Position numbers and translations under genes: made by a program. Shown one piece after another: positions 55,063-63,101 of a DNA stretch of 64,000 nt (position 1 is its first letter; each line of letters starts with the position of its first letter). The notes below the pieces were generated by a model. That model saw nothing but the letters and a program-made list of their open reading frames with translations, had not been told where the DNA came from and made no database searches. Source of the DNA: Thermoplasmata archaeon (GTDB lineage Archaea; Thermoplasmatota; Thermoplasmata; Lutacidiplasmatales; UBA184); NCBI GenBank assembly GCA_021791335.1, contig JAJYWS010000036.1, positions 2 through 64,001 on the forward strand. Direction: 5' to 3'.

Positions 55063-57735
55063 CTAGCGTCGCACCATAGCCCTTCTATAGATGGCTGGAC
55101 GGGGGGGCGAGGAGAGGGATGAAATCGGTTTCCCGTAAGTTGGGGGTAGAGCCAAACTGCCACGTCGCCCCACCCTCACCATCTCCTTAGAGATGGGATC
55201 GATCCGGCGACCCCAAACCATGCTCCCGGACGACGACCCCGAGGTGTACCGGCCGGCTGAGCCGGCGCGATTCCCGTGGGGGGCGCCGGACGGTCGGGTC
55301 AAGGCAATCTGAACTGCGGCTCGGCCACCGTACCCCCGGTTGAAACTGCCCCCGCGTAAAGTACGGGACGAATGGGGGGCCGGGGCGAAGGCGGCCGGAT
55401 ACGCACCGAACGCCCTATTCGTTATCGAGACCGGGCTCGCGGCGTAGGCAAACACACCAAGAAGATCAGCTCGCGTATTGGATCCACCATCATTGTTTGT
55501 CGTTTGATCCGTGATGGTGTAGCTCCCCCTACTGAGTTGAGCTGTCGCAATCTCCAGGGCATTCCCTCCGGTGCCACTCCAAATGGCATCAACAGTTAGG
55601 TTGAAAGTTGCTGTCACCTTCAAACAGCAAGCACCGCCTGTGACTACGACTACTACAATCAATGCCAATGACGATAGGTTGAAGGAGAAGTTCCAGGTCG
55701 TGACCGACTCTACCGGTGGTACGTCCTGACCGTAGGCTTCGGCCGAGTAAGCGTAGCCCGCCACCCCTACACCGCCGATCGTGTAGTAGGTGTCATTCGT
55801 GGTAAATTTGTTAGAAGATGATGGCGTCATTGCTAGCGCAGAGGCGATGTGACCGTCCGCCGCCACTCCTGTGGCGTATTCACCCCTAAAAAACTCCGAG
55901 GTATTACTGGCCCCTCCGACAGCGAACCCATACAGGTACTGCTGTCCACCGGAGGGGAGGCTCAGATTGTCCTTCGAGTTCGCCACGGTCGAGTTAAAGA
56001 TGTACGGTCCTACGGCGGAGGCCACCGTGAACACGACCGTCTGACTTACCGCCGCACCATCCACGGTCAGGTTTCCGCTACTCGGTGTCGCCCGATATCC
56101 CGGCGAACCGACAATGAACGAATAGGTTCCGTTCCCCTCGACGAATGTGGCGCGGCTCAGGATGGAGCGGTAGGTGGTCCCGCCCGTAGTCACCGTCCAG
56201 CTTACTCCGGGGGGTAGACCCGACTCTGTGAACGTCACGGGATACGACCCCGGCGGTGTTGCGGCAAACGCGATCTGGACCGACCCGGGAGTCCCCGTCA
56301 ACCTCACGCTGCCCGATGGCGGGTTTGCCGTATAGCCGGCGACAGGTCCCACCGAAAATCGATAGGTTCCGTTCGGCTCCAGGAAGTCTAGCGACGAGTT
56401 CGTGGAGCTAAGGGTGGTTCCGTTTAAGCTGACGGACCAAGCGGTCCCAGCCGGCAAACCACTCTCATGGAACGTGACGTCAGCCTTGCAAACTGTGGGA
56501 TATTGACCAAGCAACCATTCGAGGTTAAACAAACGGTAACTGAGTACTTGACTAGTGTCACTCAAGACGCCCAAGTCGATCCCGGCCGTGCCGTCAAGGC
56601 CAGCATATAGGGCTAGTGACGGGCATCCGGGATAGACCCCGTGCAGGCGCAGGTATGGAGACAGTGTAAAGCTCGGCCCAACGACCCCGTAAAACTCCAG
56701 AACGAAATGCGGACTGTCGATGTACGCCTGGGCATCCAACGACGCACTGACACTTGGAAGCTGATAGGTGAGGTTGTGCGACTCCGAAGAGACAGGAGTC
56801 CACGTCCCGTTCGCGAACCTGAGACCGGCAGCCAGCGATTCCGAGGAGTTGATCGAAGTGACTGCGGAGGCTGTTGCGGTCACACTTAGCCCGACGCTGA
56901 AGTTAAGAACGGGAACCAGGACCACAGGAACCGGGCCAAGGAAGAAGGTGATTGGGTCAAGCGTCTTGTTGTAGATCGGGTGGGTCAGGTCAAAGGAGAC
57001 TGTTTGCGAAATTGACAGAGTTGCCTGTATCTGGTTCGTCACCTGAAGGACGAAATAAAATCCTGTAAGGCCGTGGAACAGTGTAAAATTGACATCAAGG
57101 ACGTAGTTGGCTGAGAGAACATCAGTCCCCGAGATTGACAGTTGGGAACCGCTCGATGTGGTCCATACCTGGTCAAAGGGAAGCGAAAGCGAAAAAAGTG
57201 GCCCAGCTGCCGGAACTCCTGCCGAGCTGTGGCTGCTACCGCCGGAGGCTCCGGCAAAGTCTAGCTCCCCAGCCGACCGGAGCGATCCGTTGAGGAACAC
57301 CTGAGAAAGCGACGCGGGAACGGTATAGACCGAAGTGCCGCTGCCGCTGGATGCCACAGAGACCACCCGCCGAAGTAGGCCGTCGCCTGAGCCGCTGACG
57401 ATGAGGCTGCCGGAATGCAAACTCGAGACGCCCGGGGCGCCCGGCGTGAAGTTGTAAAACCCTCCCCCGCTGGAGGTCAGGTCACTCATCGTGTTGTTTC
57501 CGAGAATGCTTGTTTCATTGGCGATTTGGACACTCCCGGGAGCGGTCTTCGTCTTAGTCGTAGTTATGAGAGGTGTCGGCTTGAAGATGATGCCGGCAAG
57601 GGCCAGCCCGCTCAAAACCACCACGGCTGTCACCGCTATCGCTGCGATGGGGATCCACAACCGGTGTCGCGGGCCCGGATGTTGAGGATAGGCAGGAGGG
57701 GAGGGCGCATCCGCCCCTGAGGTCTGAGCGACCAT
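55063..57735 (-). CDS. large N-terminally anchored extracellular protein with tandem beta-sandwich-like repeats
   Basis: 890 aa. N-terminal TM RLWIPIAAIAVTAVVVLSGLALAGIIF, then S/T/G/V/N-rich with many N-x-S/T. Two adjacent ~75-80-aa repeats (VTFxESGLPxGxxWxV...GNGTYxF.VG...GY.A.P.SG...V). G+C is clearly lower than in its neighbours, except for the last ~125 codons. Confidence 0.85.
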   Translation of the reverse strand: MVAQTSGADAPSPPAYPQHPGPRHRLWIPIAAIAVTAVVVLSGLALAGIIFKPTPLITTTKTKTAPGSVQIANETSILGNNTMSDLTSSGGGFYNFTPGAPGVSSLHSGSLIVSGSGDGLLRRVVSVASSGSGTSVYTVPASLSQVFLNGSLRSAGELDFAGASGGSSHSSAGVPAAGPLFSLSLPFDQVWTTSSGSQLSISGTDVLSANYVLDVNFTLFHGLTGFYFVLQVTNQIQATLSISQTVSFDLTHPIYNKTLDPITFFLGPVPVVLVPVLNFSVGLSVTATASAVTSINSSESLAAGLRFANGTWTPVSSESHNLTYQLPSVSASLDAQAYIDSPHFVLEFYGVVGPSFTLSPYLRLHGVYPGCPSLALYAGLDGTAGIDLGVLSDTSQVLSYRLFNLEWLLGQYPTVCKADVTFHESGLPAGTAWSVSLNGTTLSSTNSSLDFLEPNGTYRFSVGPVAGYTANPPSGSVRLTGTPGSVQIAFAATPPGSYPVTFTESGLPPGVSWTVTTGGTTYRSILSRATFVEGNGTYSFIVGSPGYRATPSSGNLTVDGAAVSQTVVFTVASAVGPYIFNSTVANSKDNLSLPSGGQQYLYGFAVGGASNTSEFFRGEYATGVAADGHIASALAMTPSSSNKFTTNDTYYTIGGVGVAGYAYSAEAYGQDVPPVESVTTWNFSFNLSSLALIVVVVVTGGACCLKVTATFNLTVDAIWSGTGGNALEIATAQLSRGSYTITDQTTNNDGGSNTRADLLGVFAYAASPVSITNRAFGAYPAAFAPAPHSSRTLRGGSFNRGYGGRAAVQIALTRPSGAPHGNRAGSAGRYTSGSSSGSMVWGRRIDPISKEMVRVGRRGSLALPPTYGKPISSLSSPPRPAIYRRAMVRR

Positions 57736-57764
57736 TTTCCCGAAAGAGTTGTAAATTTTCCGAA

Positions 57765-57773
57765 GATATATAC
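57765..57773 (-). promoter_or_regulatory. TATA box candidate for the lower-GC surface-protein gene
   Basis: gatatatac (TATATAT core), about 34 nt upstream of the ATG at 57735. A second AT-rich patch (gtaaatttt, 57751-57759) is also present. Confidence 0.35.
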
Positions 57774-58009
57774 CCTGCGAAGACTAAGAGTATGTCCGGA
57801 AACCTACCCTTTGCCTCGGATTCGTGCGGTGCCCTCCTCCTCGAATTTCAGTTCATGTCGAACCATCGCTGGCATTCGAACCCTACCTGCCCCTCTTCGG
57901 GTTCGTTCAGCACGAACCAGCGCGGCGCACCGAACGCGGCGCCCGGGGATCGAGCCATCGGAAACTTCAGCGTGGTAAGGCTTCCGCACTCCAGTCATCG
58001 AATGGGGGC

Positions 58010-59263
58010 TCATCCGGGAATCGGGTGGGTCACCGGGTGTAGCTGAAGGCCCCCACACCGGAACAGGACCGCCGTCCGGAAGTGGTCCTTGTTCCGGAAC
58101 CCGTAGGCCATCTTCTGGATCGTCGCGATCTTCGAGTTCAGCCCCTCCGCGACCGCGTTCGTGATGCGGTGCTCGAAGTAGTTCAGCACCCCCGTCCGGT
58201 GGCCCTTCATCATCCGCGCCCCACGGATCACCGGCGTCAGGCGGCTGGGCGTCGCCCAGAAGTGCCACCACTGCCAGTACGCCGTTCCCGTCCTCTTCGA
58301 GTCCGGTGCCCAGAAGTCGCGGAGCGCCTCCTTAATCGCGCAGGCTCGCCCGGTCTTCAGGTGCGCCGTCTGGAGGGCGGCGAACCCCTCCCGGTGCTTC
58401 TCCGGTAGGTTCTCCCGCCCGTACAGCCCCCAGAATCGAGTGCCGCCGAGCGGGCTCCTTCCCTCCTCCGAGAGCTGGCGGTGCTCTCTCTTCCGGACGT
58501 CGTTCACCGCCTCGTTCATGTGGCCGACGATGTGGAACGGATCGAAGACCAGCTTCCCCTCCGCCCCGGGAACATGCTCTTGGATCGAGGCGATGAACGG
58601 CCCCCACCTGTCGAGGCCTACGGCCTCGATCGCGGCTTTCTGCTCGGCGCTGAGGCTCCGGAAGAACCCGTCGAGGGTCTCCTTCTTTCGGTCCTGTCCG
58701 ACCCACTCCACCGTCCCCTTCTCGAGGTTGTAGACGATCGTGGCGTACTGATGGCCGTGGCCGACGGCCTTCTCGTCGACGCCCATGAACCGAAGCGCCA
58801 CCGGCGGCTTGGCCCGTAGGCCACGAGCCACCGCGCGCTCCTGGACGCCCCAGACCCCGTCCCAACTGAGCTTGAGGATCTTCCCCGCGCCTTTGGTGTC
58901 GGTCTCCCGGGCCACATCGATGGCGAAACGCTCGAAGAACTTCGTGAAGCGGCTGTTCGACTCGGCCCAGGAGACTCCGGCCTGACGGACGCCGTGGTCC
59001 GGGCATTCCACTCGAGGAGGCCGGGCGTGGACCCAGGTCTGGAACGCCATGGTGTCGAGGTGCCGCCAGACCCTCGCGTCCTTGTGGTCGTAGGCAGGGA
59101 GCTTCTTCCCGCACTCCGGACACGGCCAGAGGGCTCCGTCGACATGCACCAGATAGACATCGACCTTCTCCTCTCGCACATGGAGTTCGATCCGTTCGAC
59201 CGACCAAGGAGGCTCCAGCCCGAGCAAACGGCTCCAGAGATCCGCGTCCTGCCCACCATCCAC
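58010..59263 (-). CDS. ISL3-family transposase
   Basis: 417 aa. N-terminal zinc-ribbon (WPCPECGKK...VECPDHG) followed by a DDE_Tnp_ISL3-like core (...GVDEKAVGHGHQYATIVYNLE..., ...DRWGPF..., ...LNSKIATIQKMAYGFRNKDHF). Confidence 0.93.
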   Translation of the reverse strand: MDGGQDADLWSRLLGLEPPWSVERIELHVREEKVDVYLVHVDGALWPCPECGKKLPAYDHKDARVWRHLDTMAFQTWVHARPPRVECPDHGVRQAGVSWAESNSRFTKFFERFAIDVARETDTKGAGKILKLSWDGVWGVQERAVARGLRAKPPVALRFMGVDEKAVGHGHQYATIVYNLEKGTVEWVGQDRKKETLDGFFRSLSAEQKAAIEAVGLDRWGPFIASIQEHVPGAEGKLVFDPFHIVGHMNEAVNDVRKREHRQLSEEGRSPLGGTRFWGLYGRENLPEKHREGFAALQTAHLKTGRACAIKEALRDFWAPDSKRTGTAYWQWWHFWATPSRLTPVIRGARMMKGHRTGVLNYFEHRITNAVAEGLNSKIATIQKMAYGFRNKDHFRTAVLFRCGGLQLHPVTHPIPG

Positions 59264-59316
59264 CGGCGCGCCGGAACCGCTCCTACGCCATCAGGCTACC
59301 CACCCCAAACCCGGAA
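58010..59316 (-). mobile_element. ISL3-family insertion sequence (boundaries approximate)
   Basis: A single transposase ORF flanked by imperfect terminal inverted repeats: 58013-58039 versus the reverse complement of 59289-59315 match at 20 of 27 positions by hand alignment (core TCCGGG..T.GGGTGGGT..CC). I could not find flanking direct repeats. G+C is native-like (42/60 at 58441-58500). Confidence 0.6.
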
Positions 59317-59411
59317 GAACCTGTTTCGTGCGGGCTGGAGCCACACAATCCGATCCTACCGTGAACTGGCGAACAGATTCCGTTACTCGGTAGCTCCCCC
59401 TGAAGGGGCGG

Positions 59412-60830
59412 TCAGGGCAGCGACCGGGCCGGGTTGTCGAAGTTCGTGAGCAGCGTCTGGTTGCGCATCCTCGGCCGGGCGATCGGCCGGAGGAAAGGAT
59501 CGTCTTCGAGGGCGGGCAGCGTCTCGTGGAGCGGGACGTCGAGCTGAATCTCCCGGGTCCGGCCGCCCCGACCCTTGGAGACGATCATCGCCCGGACGAG
59601 GCCGAGCGACTCGAGCTCGGAGATGTGGTTGCTGATGCTCCGGGCGTGGAGGGGCTGCAGCCCGAGCCGGACGATCAGCTTGGAGTAGCTCTCGTACACC
59701 TCCCCCGTGAGGACACTCGCCCTCCGCTTCTCGTAGGCGAGGAGGATCGCGTAGAGGAGCACCTTGCAGTGCTGCGGAAGGGTCCGGCAGCACTCGAGGA
59801 TGAGGTCCTGCTCGAGCCGGTTCTTCGCCTTGATGACGTGATCCTGGGTGATCCGCTTCGCCCGGTCCCGTTCGGCCATCTCGGCCGAAAGGCGCAGGAG
59901 CGCGAGGGCCCGCCGGGCGTCCCCGTTCTCGAGCGCCGCATAGGCGGCGCACCGCTCCACGACCCCGGCGTCAAGCACATTCTCCCGGAAGGCCATCAGC
60001 GCCCGGTCCCGGAGGATGTCCTGGAGCTGGAGGGCATTGTAGGGGGGGAAAAGGATCTTCTCCTCGTTGAGCCGGCTGCGGACCCGCGCATCGAGGTTGT
60101 TGGTGAACTTGAGGTCGTTCGAGATCCCGACGAGGGCGAGTCGCGCCTTCTCCAGTTCGGTGTTGAGCTGGCTCAGGGAGTAGAGCACCCCGTCCCCGCT
60201 GCGGGCCACCAGCCGGTCGACCTCGTCCAGGACCAGGACGACGGTACCGCCCCGGGCATCCATGAGACGCCGCATGGCCAGCTCGACGCGGTCGAGGGCC
60301 CAACCGGTCGGGATCCGGTCCGCCTCGGTGGCCGCGAAGCTGTTGCCGATCGTCTGGAGGAGGCTGTACGGGGTGTCGATGGTGCCGCAGTTCACTGTCA
60401 CGAAGGTGATCTGCGCCGCCAATTCGCCCCGTCGTTGGATCTCCTGGCGGACCTGGGCGACGACCGCCGTCTTCCCGGTCCCGATCTTCCCGTAGATGAG
60501 GAGGTTCGACGGCAGATCGCCGCGGAGCGCCGGGGCGAGGATCTCGGCCACGAGCCGGGTCTGCTCCTCCCGATGGGGCAGCCGAGCGGGAATGTACGAC
60601 TCGCGCAGCACCTCCCGGCTCCCCCGGAACAGTTCGCTCTTCGAGGCCAGATAGGCGTCGACGAACTCGGTGGCCGTCCCCGAGGGGGGGAGGGAGGGGC
60701 CGGGCGCGGGACCGACGGCCGGCGGCAGGCTCCCGTGGTCGGCCGAGGAGGGGACCCCCTCCGCGGCCCCCCGGCTGATCTCCCGCCCATCGGCGGGAAT
60801 GCCCGTGGGGCCATCGGGCGTGGAGGACAC
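59412..60830 (-). CDS. cdc6: Orc1/Cdc6 replication initiator
   Basis: 472 aa. AAA+ Walker A YGKIGTGKT, Walker B VLVLDEVD, sensor regions, and a C-terminal winged helix (...ISELESLGLVRAMIVSKGRGGRTREI). About 60 aa of P/G/S-rich N-terminal extension. GTG start. Confidence 0.93.
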   Translation of the reverse strand: MSSTPDGPTGIPADGREISRGAAEGVPSSADHGSLPPAVGPAPGPSLPPSGTATEFVDAYLASKSELFRGSREVLRESYIPARLPHREEQTRLVAEILAPALRGDLPSNLLIYGKIGTGKTAVVAQVRQEIQRRGELAAQITFVTVNCGTIDTPYSLLQTIGNSFAATEADRIPTGWALDRVELAMRRLMDARGGTVVLVLDEVDRLVARSGDGVLYSLSQLNTELEKARLALVGISNDLKFTNNLDARVRSRLNEEKILFPPYNALQLQDILRDRALMAFRENVLDAGVVERCAAYAALENGDARRALALLRLSAEMAERDRAKRITQDHVIKAKNRLEQDLILECCRTLPQHCKVLLYAILLAYEKRRASVLTGEVYESYSKLIVRLGLQPLHARSISNHISELESLGLVRAMIVSKGRGGRTREIQLDVPLHETLPALEDDPFLRPIARPRMRNQTLLTNFDNPARSLP

Positions 60831-60965
60831 TGCAACAACCTGCCCGGGTCAGGGGCAGCCGTCGCAACGGGGTGAGCCATATGTACCTTTTCACTGGGCG
60901 ACGGCCGGACTCCGGGTCTGGGGCCGAACCGAAGCCATTTGAAGGGGCGACGCGCTCCCCGGGGG

Positions 60966-61202
60966 ATGTCCGGTTACGGAAGCCCTGCCCCGGCCCACCG
61001 CGCCCACCCCAAGACCCCGCTCTCGGTCCCGTGGATCGTGGCGGCGGCCGTGCTCATCGGCATCGGGCTCACGGTGATGTCCTACTTCCTGACGAACATC
61101 ACCACCACCGCCGACTGGACCCTGATACCGGCGGCGGCGCTGCTCGCGATCGGCTTCCTCATGCTGATGGACCGCCGGGCGGGGCTCGACTCCGGGAGCT
61201 AG
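60966..61202 (+). CDS. small membrane protein (2 TM helices)
   Basis: 78 aa from the ATG at 60966 (the track uses a TTG at 60939). A basic N-terminus is followed by VPWIVAAAVLIGIGLTVMSYFL and WTLIPAAALLAIGFLMLM. It ends 8 nt before the IPK gene. Confidence 0.5.
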   Translation: MSGYGSPAPAHRAHPKTPLSVPWIVAAAVLIGIGLTVMSYFLTNITTTADWTLIPAAALLAIGFLMLMDRRAGLDSGS

Positions 61203-61210
61203 GCTCAAGA

Positions 61211-62026
61211 ATGAGTCCCCCCCCCGCAGCGTCCGGGGTTCGCCCGTCGTCCGTCGTGAAGTTGGGGGGCAGCATCCTCACCCGCAAACGGGCCGTCGAG
61301 GCGCTCCGACCCAAGATCCTCGCGCGACTGGCGGCCGAGATTGCCGAGGCGGCCGACCGCCCCCTGATCCTCTTGCACGGAGCGGGATCGTTCGGCCACC
61401 CGGGGGCCCGACGGTTCGGCCTGGCGGTCGCGCCCGACGGACGCCCGGGCCGGGTGCGGGGCGCCGCGATCGTGGGGACCGAGGTCCGGCGGCTCCACCT
61501 CGCCGTCCTGCGGGCGCTGGTCGCGGCCGGAGCGAATCCGGTCTCCGTGCCGATGGCCACCCACGTGCTCCAGCGGGAGGGGCGCCCGGTCCATCTCGAC
61601 CTGACGCCGTTCACCACGGTCCTGGACCGGGGGGCGATCCCGGTCGCCTTCGGGGACGTCGTCCCGGACGACCGGTGGGGCTTCTCGATCCTCTCCGCCG
61701 ACACCCTCGCGGTCGCCCTGGCGACCGAACTTCATCCCCAGAGGGTCCTGTTCGTGAGCGATGTGCCGGGGGTGCTCGAAGCGGGCCCTCCGGGACCGCC
61801 ACGAATCTATCCGGAGCTTTCGGAGACGGTCCTCGAGCGGCTCACCCCCGGGGCCGGGGGCGTCGATGTCACCGGGGGGATCGTCGGAAAGGTCGAGGCG
61901 ATGCGGAAGATCGCGGCGGCCGGGGTCGACGCAGGTCTTATTAGCGGGCTCTCGGATGGTCGCCTCACCCGGGCCCTTCGGGGAGAGCGAGTCTATGGGA
62001 GCTGGTGGAGCGCCGGGGCCCACTGA
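61211..62026 (+). CDS. ipk: isopentenyl phosphate kinase
   Basis: 271 aa from the ATG at 61211. Amino-acid-kinase fold with VVKLGGSILTRK and ILLHGAGSFGHP (the IPK-specific GSFGH His), later SADTLA and GGIVGK. Confidence 0.9.
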   Translation: MSPPPAASGVRPSSVVKLGGSILTRKRAVEALRPKILARLAAEIAEAADRPLILLHGAGSFGHPGARRFGLAVAPDGRPGRVRGAAIVGTEVRRLHLAVLRALVAAGANPVSVPMATHVLQREGRPVHLDLTPFTTVLDRGAIPVAFGDVVPDDRWGFSILSADTLAVALATELHPQRVLFVSDVPGVLEAGPPGPPRIYPELSETVLERLTPGAGGVDVTGGIVGKVEAMRKIAAAGVDAGLISGLSDGRLTRALRGERVYGSWWSAGAH

Positions 62027-63101
62027 CTCTTCCGAGGCCGGCGGCGTCGACCTGAGCCATCGGAAGGCCGAGCATGTGAAGCTCGTGCTCGATCGCCCGG
62101 TCGAGACCCGCTACCGTTATTGGAACGATGTCGAGCTGATCCATCACTCCCTACCGGACTTCGACTTCGAGGAGGTCGACCCCCGGGTGACTTTGCTCGG
62201 CCAGCGGCTGGAGGCCCCGTTGGTCATCACCGGCATGACCGGCGGCTACCCCGGCGCCACCCAGATCAACTCCAACCTTGCCCGGGCCGCCGCCGAACTC
62301 GGGGTCGCGATGGGGGTGGGCAGCGAGCGGGCGGCGATCCAGAAGGGGCAGTTTCCGGCGAGCTTCAGCTGCGTGGCCCAGTACCCGGTACCGCTCAAGC
62401 TCGCCAATGTGGGCGCGCCCCAACTCATCCCCCAGGCCGATGGCGCCCCGGCGCTCGGCCGTGCGGAGGCCCGGGCGGCCGTGGACCTCATCGGAGCCCA
62501 TGCCCTCGCGATCCACCTCAACTACCTCCAGGAGATGGTCCAACCGGAGGGGGATCGGCGGGCCCGCGGGGTGCTCGACCGGATCGGCGCCCTCGCGGCG
62601 GAACTTCCGGTGCTCGTCAAGGAGACCGGGGCCGGCCTCTCGGCCCGGGTTGCCGAGCCGTTGAGGGACCGGGGGGTCCGGGCCTTTGACGTGAGCGGCA
62701 CCGGCGGCACCAGCTTCGCGGCGGTCGAGCATTACCGGGCCCTCGACCGGGGCGCCGTCCGGGAGGCCCGGGTCGGACAGACCTTCTGGAACTGGGGCCT
62801 CCCATCGCCCGTCTCGGTCCTGGAGGTCGCCCCCCTCGGCTGTCCGGTCATCGCGAGCGGCGGCATCCGCTCCGGCCTCGACATCGCCCGGGCGATCGCC
62901 CTGGGCGCGACCGCGGCCGGCGTGGCCGGCGGGGTGCTTCGGGCCGCCGCCACCTCCTTCGAGGCCACCCGCAGCGAGATCGCCCAGTGGATCCACGAGC
63001 TCAAGGTGGCGATGTTCCTCAGCGGGGCCCGGACCGTCCCCGAGCTCCAGCACACCCCGTATGTCCTCCTCGGGGAGACCCGATCATGGGTCCGACGCTG
63101 A
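61995..63101 (+). CDS. fni: type 2 isopentenyl-diphosphate delta-isomerase (FMN-dependent)
   Basis: 368 aa from the ATG at 61995 (a 32-nt overlap with ipk). HRKAEHV, APLVITGMTGG, VGSERAA, KETGAGLS, VSGTGGTSFAAVE and ASGGIRSGLD motifs of IDI-2. Confidence 0.92.
   Translation: MGAGGAPGPTDSSEAGGVDLSHRKAEHVKLVLDRPVETRYRYWNDVELIHHSLPDFDFEEVDPRVTLLGQRLEAPLVITGMTGGYPGATQINSNLARAAAELGVAMGVGSERAAIQKGQFPASFSCVAQYPVPLKLANVGAPQLIPQADGAPALGRAEARAAVDLIGAHALAIHLNYLQEMVQPEGDRRARGVLDRIGALAAELPVLVKETGAGLSARVAEPLRDRGVRAFDVSGTGGTSFAAVEHYRALDRGAVREARVGQTFWNWGLPSPVSVLEVAPLGCPVIASGGIRSGLDIARAIALGATAAGVAGGVLRAAATSFEATRSEIAQWIHELKVAMFLSGARTVPELQHTPYVLLGETRSWVRR

Noticed and set aside
57860-57905. ggcattcgaacc (GGTTCGAATGCC on the minus strand) resembles a tRNA T-loop. 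I considered a tRNA fragment or att site next to the IS.
   Set aside because: The flanking bases do not form a T-stem (TAGGG versus GCCAG), and no acceptor or anticodon arms can be built. It is probably a chance match.
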